DNA of 50,064 bases, filler included, from an uncultured virus (IMG/VR IMGVR_UViG_2061766007_001805) (lineage: Duplodnaviria > Heunggongvirae > Uroviricota > Caudoviricetes). It is 6 parts of one record of this genome, joined end to end, with 100 filler letters (N's around TTAATTAATTAA, not from the genome) between each part and the next. Parts side by side here need not be neighbours in the genome. Positions count along the whole stretch, not along the records: positions 24,278 to 32,206 come from IMGVR_UViG_2061766007_001805; positions 32,307 to 35,887 come from IMGVR_UViG_2061766007_001805; positions 35,988 to 43,207 come from IMGVR_UViG_2061766007_001805; 3 more parts are not named here. One strand, 5' to 3'. A program made the position numbers and the translations under genes. Shown piece by piece: positions 29,018 through 41,031 of the stretch (position 1 is its first letter; the number at the start of each line of letters is the position of its first letter). The notes beneath the pieces were generated by a model. It ran no database searches and was not told the DNA's origin. It saw only the letters and a program-made list of their open reading frames with translations.

Positions 29018-30830
29018 TCAGAGTCCGAGCGACACAATCTCGTTGTACATACGTTCCATCTCTGTGTACGCGATGTCGTGACAGCCAGCAGTCAGGATGT
29101 CGTCCTTGTACTCGCTGACCGTGTACGTGCCGTTGCCCTTCGTGTTCCACTCAATAGGCTTGAACGACTTCGGGTCGTCGTGCCACTGCTTGACTTTTCT
29201 NNNNNNNNNNNNNNNNNNNNNNNNNNNNNNNNNNNNNNNNNNNNNNNNNNNNNCTTGTCGAGGTTGAATCTCAGCAGAACGTTGCCGCCGAAGAAGAAGT
29301 CTTTGTACTTCTCTGGGCATCCTGTCAGTTCCACCTTGTCAAACTCGTGGTGTGCTTCATAGATGTTGTCAAGGTGCAGTCTCCACAAATCTCTGCAACC
29401 TTCTCCGCCACGAGCCAGACAAGCATCAATCTGCTCCTGCATGACTTTTGCACGATATTCTTNNNNNNNNNNNNNNNNNNNNNCACGCTGACGCTCAATC
29501 TCCATAGCACGTCTGCGCGCCTCTTCGTCTGCATAGTGCTTGTCCTGCTTCTCGATGAACCAAGCGCACAGAGCTAACTCTTCTTCTGTTGTCGCCGTTC
29601 TCAGATGCACGTCGTTCAAGTAGATGTCGTCATCGTACGAGCGCACTTTCTCCTTCGTGTTGGCATTGACACGCTTGAGAATCTCGATAGCCTTGCGGTT
29701 GTCCTGCGCCTCCTTGCACTTCGCATAGAACTTGCGCAGCCACTCTTCCTTGTCCTCTGACTTGCGGAAGTCGTCGTACTTGAACTGCATTGAAGTGATA
29801 GCCCAATAGAATCCGAAGATGTGGTCGCCACTGAGGTCGTACTCCTCTCCAGTGTACATATTGCGGCACTTTTTTACATCATCTCTGTACGACTTGTAGC
29901 CACTCCATGTCGTGTCGTACTTTGGCTCACATCCCACAATCCACTTGTATGCGTTGAGTCTGTTCTTCTTGTACTTCTTGTTGCGCTCGTCCTCGTGCTC
30001 TTTGTACTCCTTGTATGCAAGAGCCTTGAAGTGCAACTCTACACGCTCCTTTGCAGTCAGCTTGCGAATGTCGTCGGCATTCATGTCGTGGTCGAGAACC
30101 TTGCTGCCTCCGTAACTATCGTAAGGAGAACGGATGCCGAGACGCTTGCACAACTTCTCCATTTTCTCTCGCTTGTCTGACTGCTTGCGATACCTTGCGC
30201 AGTAGTCCCAATACTTCTTGAATGTTCCCTCGCCGAATAGTGCATCAGTAAGTACCTGCACGTTGCGCTCTCCGTCCTTGAGCAACTTCACAAGTTTCTT
30301 GTAGTCCTTATTCTTCGTCCACTTGAGGTACTTGTTGATGCTTGTGTCCTTGTAGAGCGAACACAATTCTTCGATATATTCCCATGCCTCAAACGATACG
30401 TTCTCCAAACCCTTCTTTGTGCCTCCGTTGATGGCTGCAAGCTGGTTGTAGATGCGCTCTACATAGTGGTCGAGCATCTTCATGCGGTGGTACTCCTTGA
30501 AGTCTTCGTCGCTAAAGTTGTACTCACTTACGAGGTTGCAGTTGCGCCAGCCGTAGTAACCTCCACCGCCAAAGTCCAACGGGAACACATGCACATCGTC
30601 AGGGAAACACCACTTTCCCAACCTGTGCTTGCTGCTTGACGGACTTGTGCTGCCGTCGAAGATTGCAACTACGTTCTTCTCCATGTCGAGCCACTGACCA
30701 NNNNNNNNNNNNNNNNNNNNNNNNNNNNNNNNNTCCTACCTTCGTATCTGCATGATGATGCACTGATACGTCCGTTCTTACCTGCTAACTTGTTAGCGAA
30801 ACGATGCTGAATGTCTGAATAACTTGCCAT
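29018..30830 (-). CDS. Large hypothetical phage early protein (about 600 aa, gap-broken)
   Basis: MASYSDIQHRFANK... through track ORF 29092-30684 to ...LTAGCHDIAYTEMERMYNEIVSLGL. Confidence 0.7.
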
Positions 30831-32888
30831 AATAAAATCTCCTAATGTTTTAAATTGTTAATACTATTTGTTAATTAAAGATACTTTTGGTCGATGTCGT
30901 ACTCGCTCACCTCGTCCTCATATTTTACTTCTCCGAGGCAGTCGTACTTGTGTCTCGTCTCAATTACGTGCCACTTTCCAGTAGGTTTGTAATCCTCCTC
31001 AACCTTCTCAAAGCGTTTCTTTGTGGATATGTATGTACGATTATCAACTTTNNNNNNNNNNAATGCCAAGATTTACACGAACAGGGATGTCGTTCCGATG
31101 CCACTTGAAATCCTCTCCCTTGAAATCTGGCGTACTATAATCCTTGCGGTGAATATATGCCTGCCCGACAAAGTGACAAACTTCGTGAGATACATAAATC
31201 ATATCTTCGTTCTCAAAATCCTTGTCGTCTAACTCTACCGCAAACGTGCGGTCTTTTATTTGTGATAATACCTTCATATTCAGTCCTCCTATTCAATTAC
31301 GTCCACATCCTCGATATTCTCTTCAGGGAAGTCTGTGTCTGCAAGATACTGACATGCGTCCATAAGAGCCTCGTCCTTGTTTACTCCGATTCCACTGCAC
31401 GGAATCACAATGCCGCTTGCCAAAGTGACAAGCACTAAAAATGCCTTTGTTTTCATATTGCTTAATGTTTAATCGTTGATGTCTGTCAGCGTGGCGGGCG
31501 TGTCGATAGTGATTGCGCCCACCTTCTGCCCTATACAAACCACTTGAATGATTTTACCATATTGTTTACCATGATTGCGTAGCCTTCGCACCCTGCCAAC
31601 TTTGCAGCCTGCGCTACTTCCTGCTCTGTGTAGTCGCTTGGCATTTTCTCCTTGCGCCACGTGCTTTTGTCTCCAAACCTCTTGCGAGAATGGAAATAAA
31701 ACGCATAAGTTCCTACTAACATAATATACCCTCCTATGATAACGCACGGATGCCTGCCAAGCACGACACCATGCTAATGAATAATGCAAACTCTATCATA
31801 ATTATGCTATCTTTTCAAGTTCCCACATCAAGTCCTTGCTCTCGTACTTCCAGCCCTGCCAGACCGCAACAGATTTGGTCAGGCGGTACACCATGTCACG
31901 CAATTCACGCCTGTCCTTGCACTTGCATTTCTCCTGCATGGAGTCCATGAACGCCTGCTGCTCGCAATAGTTCATATAGTAGAAGTCCTCACGCTTGCTC
32001 TTGCACTTGCGCACAAACTCCGCAACCTTGTCAAATACCTTGCTCAGACGCTGCTGCTCCTTGATAGCTGCCCACAGAGTCCCTGCTTTTGTCGGGTTGG
32101 CCTTTGCCCATGCACGGCAATACTGGTCTTTGTCGCCCTTAAAATGGTAGTACTCGCGCTCAATGACTGCGTACTCCTCCGCTGTAGGCTGATAGCCCGT
32201 GCGGTCNNNNNNNNNNNNNNNNNNNNNNNNNNNNNNNNNNNNNNNNNNNNTTAATTAATTAANNNNNNNNNNNNNNNNNNNNNNNNNNNNNNNNNNNNNN
32301 NNNNNNATTCATCGACTTGAGCGGCTATGCCACCAAGGATGATGTGGAAACGCTTTCGCAGGCCGAGATTGAAAGCATCTGCTCATTAACATAATACACT
32401 ACCGTATAAACAAGTGTTATGGCAGTACAGACGGACGACAAGAAACTCGACGGTGCGGGTTTGGGCTGGGTATGGGCGCGTGTAAAAACGCTCGTTTCCA
32501 ACCTAAGTACGACCGTGGAGACCAACCGTATCAAGATTCTTGGTTCGGTAGAGTCGCTTTCGCCAACGGCTACGTATGCNNNNNNNNNNCATCAAGATTC
32601 TTGGTTCGGTAGAGTCGCTTTCGCCAACGGCTACGTATGCACAAAACTCGCTTATCACGGTAGCAAAGGAGACTTTCATAAGCACCGCATCCATCGTAGG
32701 CACGCCAAACCATATCGTTACATACAACAGCGAGAATGTCACGTACAATGGCGAAATCGTGACATACGGTTCAAACAGCCTTTCCACATGGGTAAAGATA
32801 GCGGGTTAAAACTCTCGAAAGAAACGAAGAATGTAATTTTGTAGTTTTATACACTTTATTATTCAAAAACAATTAAAAGTATTATTTT

Positions 32889-33639
32889 ATGGGAACAATT
32901 CAAAATGCTCTTAAAGCCCTGCACAATGCCAACACTACGGCTGCTGCATCGGGTGCTCGCGTGCCTATCCTTAACTCCAGCAACGAGCTTATGGGTAGCG
33001 ACTCCTACGCCAACTTCGCAAAGAAGCTGCAAAGCGTACTGCCTACCATCGGAAACGTTATGGTGGTTACAAACGCAGATTCATACACACGTTTTTGGCC
33101 TGCCGACCGTGCATTGGAAAGCAGCATCGCCAGCATTGCCGTTGGTGTGGGTATCATCGAGAACGGGCGCACGCTTATCGTTGCGAAAGACCAAGCATCA
33201 AAGGCATGGGCTACATCTAACGTTACGGGTGGCACTACCGCCATCAGCGACCGCCGCACGGCAATTGCCGATTTCGATGGCCGCGCAAAGACGAATACCA
33301 TTCTGACAACGCTCGGTGCAAACGCTCCTGCCGCAAAGTATTGCAACGAGTATCACCCCAGCAATGTCGATTCTGCTGATACCAATATGGGTGCTGGCCG
33401 CTGGTGGTTGCCTTCGCTTGGCGAGATGGCTATGATTTGGGCGCACGTTCGCGAAATCAACTTCGTCATGGCTGCAATCAGCGGTACTGCAATTCCAGTC
33501 GGTTCGTCTTGGGGATGGTCTTCTACGGAGACCTCTGCCACGCATGCTTGGAGTCTGTATTTCACCGGTGGCTACTTCNNNNNNNNNNNNNNNNNNNNNN
33601 NNNNNNNNNNNNNNNNNNNNNNNNNNNNNNNNNNTTTAG
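32889..33639 (+). CDS. DGR target protein with a C-terminal C-type-lectin-like (DUF1566-like) variable domain
   Basis: DFDGRAKT...APAAKYC...WWLPSLGEM...WSSTETSATHAWSLYF. The 3' end matches the TR at 35988 with differences only at TR adenines. The likely stop is TAG 33637-33639, after the gap. Confidence 0.85.
33536..33578 (+). repeat. DGR variable repeat (visible part)
   Basis: 43-nt ungapped match to 35988-36030 with 7 mismatches, all at TR adenines. Confidence 0.92.
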
Positions 33640-33687
33640 CCCTTTGTCCCCTTTATCGTCTTAACGACGGTATCGGGGTATAGGGCT
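33638..33687 (+). other. Hairpin downstream of the VR (DGR homing cruciform-like)
   Basis: Nested inverted repeats agccct..cccc..atcgtc-ttaac-gacggt..gggg..agggct. Confidence 0.55.
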
Positions 33688-33755
33688 GTGGATTTCACTA
33701 ATGGCAACTTCGCAAATTATAACAAAATAAGGTCAACAACAACGTTCTACGATAT

Positions 33756-34112
33756 ATGCTTGCAAGAGATACAAAGATATACAAAGATACGTTTGAACTC
33801 GCGAAATACGTGTTTGGCGTTACAAAGAAGATTAAAGCGGAATACCGTGCAACGATAGCCCGCCGCATCGAGGATTTAACATTACAGCTTAGTATGAAAA
33901 TCGTTGAGGCTAATCTTTGCCCGCCAAATTCCGAGGAGCGTGTCCGTGTGCTTGGCAGGGATTTCATCCTTGTGCAAGAGCAATTGTTCTTCTTGCTTGC
34001 ATTATCGCAGGATAAAAAGATTATCGACGAAAAATCCCACGCGAATATCGCCCGTAGGCTTGATGAGATAGGCCGCGAGGCGACTGGTTGGCGCAAGGCT
34101 ACTATGAAATAA
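33756..34112 (+). CDS. avd: DGR accessory variability determinant (Avd-like four-helix bundle)
   Basis: IYKDTFEL...YRATIARRI...I.EAN...IGREATGWRK pattern, 118 aa, directly after the VR-bearing gene. Confidence 0.8.
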   Translation: MLARDTKIYKDTFELAKYVFGVTKKIKAEYRATIARRIEDLTLQLSMKIVEANLCPPNSEERVRVLGRDFILVQEQLFFLLALSQDKKIIDEKSHANIARRLDEIGREATGWRKATMK

Positions 34113-34605
34113 TGACAAAAGACATGTTTCAATATAGTAGAGATTCACATCGGGGGTTTTGGAATGGGTGGATTCGGCGGTTTCGGCGGCTACGGNNNNN
34201 NNNNNGGTTGCGCTGCAGAATGACAAGGCCGCAAAGATTGGCATTTCGCTTGTGTGCCAGACATCTGTCGGAAGTTGGGAGTATCTCTTTGTCGAAGAAG
34301 GCAGACTGTTTCTTATAGACGGTCAGGCGGTTATTGTGAAGAAAAAAAGGACTTAAAATGTGAATGATATGGCTTATAAGTTAAATAAATATGGAGACCA
34401 AGTTCGTGATGACCTCGATGCGGTAGAACAGAAAACTATATACCCAGAGGCCACCCAGCATAATGATGGTATAATGACAAAGGAGCATGTTGCGCAACTC
34501 GAAGGGTACGAACAGGAAATCCAAGACAGCAGCGAGACGCTTACCGAATATGAGATTATGATGATTTGCAGGTAATTTATGTATAACTTTTAAATTTTTA
34601 CGATT

Positions 34606-35179
34606 ATGGTACAAACAGAAGACAAGAAACTTGATGGTGCTGGTTTGTCAGTCCTTTGGGGATTGATTAAGAACCTTTTCGGCAGCATCGTCGTCCCGAC
34701 GAAGTTGACCGACCTACAGAACGACGGCAATTTCGTACAAGACGCGAACTACGTCCACACGGACAACAACTACACCTCGTCAGAGAAGACTAAACTGGGT
34801 GGAGTGTCAGCTGGTGCTCAAGTAAACGTTATCGAAACCGTCAAAGTGAACAACGTGGCTCTGACACCAACGGAAAAAGCGGTAAATATCCCAGTTCCGA
34901 CAGACAACGCTTCGCTTGCCAACGGTGCGGGCTACCAGACGGCGGCACAAGTGAACGCGGCCATCGACTCCAAGATGCAATCAACCATTAAGCCCAAGGG
35001 TGGTATCCTCTTTGCCAACCTCCCCACTCCAGCAAGCACAAACGAGGGCTGGATGTGGAACATGGAGGACAACTTCACCATCGACAACCGCTTTAAAGAC
35101 TACGAATCAGGCAAGACAAAGACCTATCCAAAGGGTACGAACGTCTATGTTATTGAATCATCACCCGCCGAGGGCAGCA
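34606..35179 (+). CDS. Putative tail/virion-associated protein (3' end in gap)
   Basis: VPTKLTDLQND...YVHTDNNYTSSEKTKL..V..GAQVNVIE motifs typical of phage tail-associated proteins. The N-terminus KKLDGAGL is shared with ORF 32419. Confidence 0.6.
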
Positions 35180-35295
35180 NNNNNNNNNNTCGCGCCGTGA
35201 TGCCAACAAGGTTTGGGATGCCATCGACGAAATCGAAGCATACATCACTGGCGAGAACAACGAGTAATCAATAACCCTTTAAAACGTTTACGACT

Positions 35296-35763
35296 ATGAC
35301 AAAGAAGACTATCAAGACCGAAAAGGTTCTCGCCGCTTTCCGTGTCCTCAACACGGCCAAGTACTCTAAGATGTCCGACGAGGACAAGATTAAGGTATGG
35401 AAAATCGCGCGTGCCTTGAAGCCCGTTGCCGAAGAGTTCGACGACAAGACCAAGGATGCGGCAAAGAAGATGATGCCGTCCGAGGACTATTCCGAAAGAC
35501 TCCAGAAGGCGCAGGAGTTCGAGCGTATGCGCAATGCCAATGAGGACATGTCTAAAGCCCCGATTGGTGCTGCTGAGTATGAAGCATTCCTTAAAGAGTT
35601 TCAGGGTTACAACAAACTCGTCACCGATGCCATCAAGGAGTTTGGCGACAAGGATGTCGAGGTGGAGTTCGAGCCTTTGAACGACGAGGCGTTCGGGAAA
35701 CTCATGGCATCGAACGACTGGACTGTCGAGCATGTTGTCGAACTCGGTTCTCTGATTATGTAG
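35296..35763 (+). CDS. Hypothetical phage protein
   Basis: Intact 155-aa ORF. Confidence 0.75.
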   Translation: MTKKTIKTEKVLAAFRVLNTAKYSKMSDEDKIKVWKIARALKPVAEEFDDKTKDAAKKMMPSEDYSERLQKAQEFERMRNANEDMSKAPIGAAEYEAFLKEFQGYNKLVTDAIKEFGDKDVEVEFEPLNDEAFGKLMASNDWTVEHVVELGSLIM

Positions 35764-35987
35764 TCTTGATGTCACCTTATTGGGCAGTTCACCGTATTGT
35801 TTCGGTGTCTGCCCGTAAGGGGACGCAAGGGTTTAGGTGGATTAAAAAAATCAAAACTAAAAAAAGAAAAAAGATATGGCTGCACAANNNNNNNNNNNNN
35901 NNNNNNNNNNNNNNNNNNNNNNNNNNNNNNNTTAATTAATTAANNNNNNNNNNNNNNNNNNNNNNNNNNNNNNNNNNNNNNNNNNNN

Positions 35988-36080
35988 TGCCACGAATGCT
36001 TGGAATCTGAATTTCAACAATGGCAACTTCAACAACAACAACAAGACGAATGAGAACTTAGTTCGCCCCGTGTCCGCATC
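35988..36080 (+). ncRNA. DGR template repeat (TR)
   Basis: AAC/AAT-rich sequence (aacaatggcaacttcaacaacaacaacaagacgaat...gttcgccccgtgtccgca) that is the adenine-bearing counterpart of the VR. Confidence 0.9.
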
Positions 36081-36149
36081 TGATAGAATACACAAGACAA
36101 TAAATAAAGTTTGCGCTCCAATATTGGAATGGTATAATANNNNNNNNNN

Positions 36150-36879
36150 AAACTCAGGCGCGGCTTTCTTGGCTAATCAGTTGTCGAACGATTCGGGTCG
36201 TGAGCTTATCATGAATGCAATCACGAACCAAGGCGAGGCTTCACGCACGGCAATCCAAACTTTATCAACGATGCTTGGCCAAGACTTCAACCTTGTCAAT
36301 CAAGGCGTGCAGACGGTTCAGAACGCATTGCAGACATTGGCATTGCAGCAAGCCGTAAGCGTACCGCAAATCATCAATTCGATTCAAAGCGGCGACGCAA
36401 GCATCATAAGCACTTTCCAAAAGTGTTGTTGCGACCAACAGCTTGCTACTTGTCAGCAAACAAACACCTTGCAAAACGCAATCAACGGCGTGGGCAACAA
36501 GGTAGACGCAAAGGCCGCAGCAGACCAGCTTGCGATGTGTCAACAGACATACGCTTTGACAGACACGATGAACCGCAACTATCTTGCGCTTGACAACAAG
36601 CTCGACCAAATGGAATCCAACCGCAAAGACCGTGAGATTACGGCATTGACCGCCGAGGTCGCCACGTTGAAGTCACAAAACTTCACTACTGGCGTCGTTC
36701 AGCAGGCCGTTGCACCTATCCTTGGTCAGCTCGCAGGTATTCAGAACCAAGTCGACGACATCAAGAACAAGATGCCGAACACCGTACCCGTACAATACCC
36801 CAACTTACAAGTAGTTAATTCTACTCCGTACATGGGCGGTTTCTATGGCAACGGTTTCGGCAACCAGATTGTGTTTTAA
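36150..36879 (+). CDS. Phage hypothetical protein with a CCC motif (5' end in gap)
   Basis: NDSGRELIMNAI...QKCCCDQQLATCQQTNTLQ... It heads a co-oriented module running to about 39.6 kb. Confidence 0.75.
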
Positions 36880-36906
36880 CGATTAAGTGGATAGGAGGTA
36901 TATAGC

Positions 36907-37239
36907 ATGTGTTTCAATAATGTAACAACAAATGCGGGAGGAATACCACTACTCGTTTCAACCGCAACCACTATTGGTACTGAGACTATCGACATTGCAA
37001 TGGGTTTTCGCAGGATTCAGCCTCTTGGCTATTTTACTCTCCGTATCTCGGATGTAATACCTGCTGATGCCACAACGACACTACCTGTTACTTTGACACT
37101 AAACGGCACTACACGTCAGTTGACTCTCCCAAACGGAGAGAACGTCACTGCCGCAGAATTGCTTAACGTGAGTGCAGTTTTGGTGTGGAATGACAGATTC
37201 AACGGCTCGTTGATGTTAATGTCTCGTACCGTAGTGTAA
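36907..37239 (+). CDS. Hypothetical phage protein
   Basis: 110-aa ORF preceded by AGGAGG. Confidence 0.75.
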   Translation: MCFNNVTTNAGGIPLLVSTATTIGTETIDIAMGFRRIQPLGYFTLRISDVIPADATTTLPVTLTLNGTTRQLTLPNGENVTAAELLNVSAVLVWNDRFNGSLMLMSRTVV

Positions 37240-37271
37240 TGCGCCCAAGCGTCGGGCAAGCGTTCTTTGAT

Positions 37272-37907
37272 TTACTGATTGACAAGAGACTTTTCGTAGT
37301 CTGATAGGTACATCCACTTGTAACCACCGTGTTTTTGGTATTTGCCATATATCACATTGCGTATTGCGGAGCGAGAAAAACCTTCGAGTTCTGCATGATG
37401 CAGAGAAGGATATATTTGAACAAAGTTACCATCTGTAGTAAGTTTTACAACGGCAACCCTACTGTGCGATGGAATGCCCATTTTCGATTTTGATGAAGCC
37501 TTGCAATGATGCTCTTTTGAGTTGTTCATCTTATAAGTACACCACTGTAAGTTACTTGCAACGGAATTACTTGGGTTATCGTCTATATGGTCTACGCACG
37601 GATAGTTGTTTGGATTTGGGATAAAAGCCATTGCGATTACCCTATGAATCAACTGTGTGTCCTGTTTCCCATTCTTTATAAATGTTGTTCTTCTATATGG
37701 TGAACTTGGGGATGTGTATGTACTACTTAAATGTGGTTTCATGTTGTATTTAACTTTTACTCCGTCTTTGCGTGTTCTGTATATTATTCTACTTAACACA
37801 ACAATTCGTCCAAGGTTTGATACCATGTAATCGCCCTCGTAACCAACTACATCTCGCCACTCTTCGTTTTCAAGCGTAATGCTTGCTAAAAATTCTTCGT
37901 TTGTCAT
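37272..37907 (-). CDS. NUMOD4-HNH-NUMOD1 homing endonuclease inserted antisense in the module
   Basis: EEWRDVVGYEGDYMVSNLGR; IHRVIAMAFIPNPNNYPCVDHIDDNPSNSVASNLQWCT; C-terminal GGYKWMY. Confidence 0.9.
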   Translation of the reverse strand: MTNEEFLASITLENEEWRDVVGYEGDYMVSNLGRIVVLSRIIYRTRKDGVKVKYNMKPHLSSTYTSPSSPYRRTTFIKNGKQDTQLIHRVIAMAFIPNPNNYPCVDHIDDNPSNSVASNLQWCTYKMNNSKEHHCKASSKSKMGIPSHSRVAVVKLTTDGNFVQIYPSLHHAELEGFSRSAIRNVIYGKYQKHGGYKWMYLSDYEKSLVNQ

Positions 37908-38003
37908 TGTCAACTTTATTTAATGATGTCAACGATTAAAAGAAGAGGAAGAGGCGTTGACTTACCTCTTGTCATTCAGTTTGCAACTCTGAACTATCCT
38001 CGA
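37908..38003 (-). ncRNA. Structured 5' leader (three-way junction plus pseudoknot) of the endonuclease gene
   Basis: Same architecture, with compensatory changes, as 42847-42941. Confidence 0.65.
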
Positions 38004-38057
38004 TGCAAAGGTACAAATAAATTAGTGAACAACAAAAATTATTAAAAGTAATTAACA

Positions 38058-38579
38058 ATGGATATACAAAGCTTAACGAACGGAAGTCCTTTCTATGTGC
38101 TAAAGAAAGGCGAATGCCCAAAACTGGAAGTAGGCATTGTAAAGAGCAAGTCCAATCCTCGCCCTCAGTATCAGACAAGCACACCAAGCCTGATGAATGG
38201 AATGAACTTTCAACAGGTGGTTGATTTAACTGTTACAATAAACGGGAACGACAGGGTTATTAACAACATTCCTCTCAATGTCGAAATAGCGGCAAGAGGT
38301 AATGACACTTTCAGTGGTAGTCGTGAAGCCATGCTGCAAGCCGTTGACGCAATGCTTCAGACGTCAAAGAAAGCTCTTGACCAAATCAGCTACCACAAAG
38401 GAGTAATTGCTGAGAGCGAGAAGATGCTTGAGGTATTAAACCCTCGGTATGCAGAAGAGAAGCGTCAAGCGAGGACTATAAGCGACTTGGAGAAGCGTCA
38501 AGCTGACACAGACAAGAAACTCGACAGCATCTTGTCTATACTGCAGAAGTTGGATTCGCCGTCGTCAAGTGCTGTTTAA
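38058..38579 (+). CDS. Hypothetical phage protein with a coiled-coil C-terminus
   Basis: Intact 173-aa ORF. Confidence 0.75.
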   Translation: MDIQSLTNGSPFYVLKKGECPKLEVGIVKSKSNPRPQYQTSTPSLMNGMNFQQVVDLTVTINGNDRVINNIPLNVEIAARGNDTFSGSREAMLQAVDAMLQTSKKALDQISYHKGVIAESEKMLEVLNPRYAEEKRQARTISDLEKRQADTDKKLDSILSILQKLDSPSSSAV

Positions 38580-38887
38580 TCCACTAAAGTAAGAAAGGGT
38601 AATCAAATGGGCTATATTTTTGTAGACAGAGAAGGCGAGAGTGGTCTGCGCCAAGAAATGCGACGCTCAATGCGTGGCGGCTATCGCCATGATGGTTATT
38701 CGCCTATGATGCACGGTGGTGAATATGAAAGAGGCTACCGTACAGGCTANNNNNNNNNNNNNNNNNNNNNNNNNNNNNNNNNNNNNNNNNNNNNNNNNNN
38801 NNNNNNNNTATATGTGATTGAATTTGGGTGGGATTGGTGCTTGCCTTTCTCACCCTCTTTATTAACTAACAAAGAAAGGGAATAAAA

Positions 38888-39263
38888 ATGGCAAACTTTT
38901 TAATGTACGATATTCCAGAGGATATGAAAACATATCTGTCCTACTATGGAATGAATTTTTCAAAGAAACTATACGAATTTGCTGTAAGCAATATGCGTCG
39001 TGAATCGGCTGATGGAAAANNNNNNNNNNNNNNNNNNNNNNNNNNNNNNNNNNNNNNNNNNNNNNNNNNNNNNNNNNNNNNNNNNNNNNNNNNNNNNNNN
39101 NNNNNNNNNNNNNNNNNCGGACTATTGGGGTTCTTCTATCGAAGACGAAGAGCATCTTGCAAAGTACATCGAAGACACCATTTGTGACGTTGACGCTGCG
39201 GAAGGACAGGTATTTTCTCGTTACCTCGCAGATTGCTCCGTAAAAGGCGTTATAATTAATTGG
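38888..39263 (+). CDS. Hypothetical phage protein (gap-broken)
   Basis: MANFLMYDIPEDMKTYLSYYGMNFSKKL...DYWGSSIEDEEHLAKYIEDTICDVD. Confidence 0.65.
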
Positions 39264-39656
39264 GNNNNNNNNNNNNNNNNNNNNNNNNNNNNNNNNNNNN
39301 GTATAATTTTGATTTTCGATTTTGACGTATTTGATGACGAAATGGAACTGATACCCATTATGAAGTCTTTTGGTATGAAAGAGAGAAAGGTTAGTGACGC
39401 TTTGCGTGTCCTTTCTACATACAATAGCGGTATGACAATATCAAATTACGGATTAAAAATGTCTGCTGNNNNNNNNNNNNNNNNNNNNTGGGATTCTGTT
39501 GTGCATGAAAGCATTCATGTATGTCAAGCCATTTTGGATTTTTACGGAGAAAGTTGGGATGGTGAAGTTCCTGCGTATCTCGACGGATATTTGTTTAGAA
39601 AGATTGTTAGTACAATCGGAGTTCCTTGTAGATAGAGCCTACAGTGTAAGGCTCTA

Positions 39657-40457
39657 TCATTCTGTTGTGCTTCCATATTGCACAATATGTCCTCTTACTT
39701 TCCTATTTTCTTTAATCGCTTTTCTAATATTATCTCTTGTCACTCCAATTTCTTTAGCAGCGTCCTTTAGCATATTCCATCGTTTAATTTCTTTCCCACT
39801 ACTATCTATTTCAATTACCACCTTTGTGTTTTTTGAAAGTCTTCTTTTGTATTTCAAATTATCATGTTTCTTTGTAAACCACATAAACCCACCAGCGGAT
39901 TGTGTGTTATCATCTAAAACGCTTCGTATTTGTGATGCGTATATACCTGTTGCGGCTTGTGCCTTTTGCATAGATTCGTAATGCGCAACAAACACACCAT
40001 CTTTTGTGTACTGAAAAACTTCTATCAAAATGCCAAGTTCTTTTTTCTTTGCATTTATTTTTATATTCCTTTCATCTGTGTATGTGTTTTCTTTGCAATG
40101 TTGTAGTGTGAGTGGGTTGTTTGCGTTTTCTTTTGGAGTAACCCATCTGAGGTTTGAAATGCGAAAATCCGTTTTGTCTGTGTTTATATGGTCAATATGC
40201 GGTTTGTTTTCGGGATTTGGAACGAATGCTTCCATGATTAAGCGATGGACAAGATGTTGCTTACTTCTCTTTTCTTTACAAAGTGTAACACACGGATAAC
40301 CGAAAGGATTGAGGTGGTGTGGAACAATCCTTTCTTTACAGCACCTCAGACCGTTGCCCTGCTTTACATATCTTTCTATTGCCATAACTCTGCCAAGATT
40401 GCTAATTTTAAAATAGCCTTCATACCCTTTAATGTCTTTCCAAATTTCTTGTTCCAT
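39657..40457 (-). CDS. NUMOD4-HNH-NUMOD1 homing endonuclease
   Basis: MEQEIWKDIKGYEGYFKISNLGR; VHRLIMEAFVPNPENKPHIDHINTDKTDFRISNLRWVTPKENANN; VFQYTKDG...SAGGFMW. Confidence 0.9.
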   Translation of the reverse strand: MEQEIWKDIKGYEGYFKISNLGRVMAIERYVKQGNGLRCCKERIVPHHLNPFGYPCVTLCKEKRSKQHLVHRLIMEAFVPNPENKPHIDHINTDKTDFRISNLRWVTPKENANNPLTLQHCKENTYTDERNIKINAKKKELGILIEVFQYTKDGVFVAHYESMQKAQAATGIYASQIRSVLDDNTQSAGGFMWFTKKHDNLKYKRRLSKNTKVVIEIDSSGKEIKRWNMLKDAAKEIGVTRDNIRKAIKENRKVRGHIVQYGSTTE

Positions 40458-40731
40458 AACTATAAAAACGGAAATGCCCCGAAAGAGCCACCACGCATCT
40501 AACGAGACAAATCCATTTAGTCGTATATATTCGCTTAGTGGTGGATAAGCGTTTATTTCTTTTGCAAAGTTACAAAGATAATTTGAAACTACCAAATGTA
40601 TTAAGATTATTTAATATCACAAATTAAGCCGTTTNNNNNNNNNNNNNNNNNNNNNNNNNNTGGCATAGTTGTAGGGAAAGTATAAGAAAACCCGCCAAAA
40701 CGCTTTAAAATGCGAAATAGACGGGTTTTTA

Positions 40732-41028
40732 CTATTTGTTTGTGGATTTGTATTGCAATATAGTGTTTATAAATTCATCAACATCGTTGCACCAAACAAT
40801 ATCTTCGGGTTTAGTTTCATACAAGAATAGCGACTTATGTTCTTCTGCCGACATTTCCTCGCTATCATATCCAAGTCCGTGTACATCGAAATAAGCACCA
40901 AGGCCGACATGACAGTCAAGCCAAGAGTTGTCATCAAACGAGGCGCACAGGCATAGGCTTATTCCAGCGTCCTCAATCCTTTTTCTGATTTCTGGACTAT
41001 TTTGTTTTAACACTACACATTTTCCCAT
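40732..41028 (-). CDS. Hypothetical phage protein
   Basis: 98-aa ORF in the operon. Confidence 0.65.
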   Translation of the reverse strand: MGKCVVLKQNSPEIRKRIEDAGISLCLCASFDDNSWLDCHVGLGAYFDVHGLGYDSEEMSAEEHKSLFLYETKPEDIVWCNDVDEFINTILQYKSTNK

Positions 41029-41031
41029 ATC

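Noticed and set aside
32530..32640. 50-bp direct repeat atcaagattcttggttcgg...ggctacgtatgc
   Set aside because: Exact duplicate on either side of a 10-N gap: an assembly overlap artefact.
37945..38001. Endonuclease leader considered as a hammerhead ribozyme (CTGAATGA resembles CUGAnGA)
   Set aside because: There is no GAAA core, and the CTGA is not conserved in the second copy.
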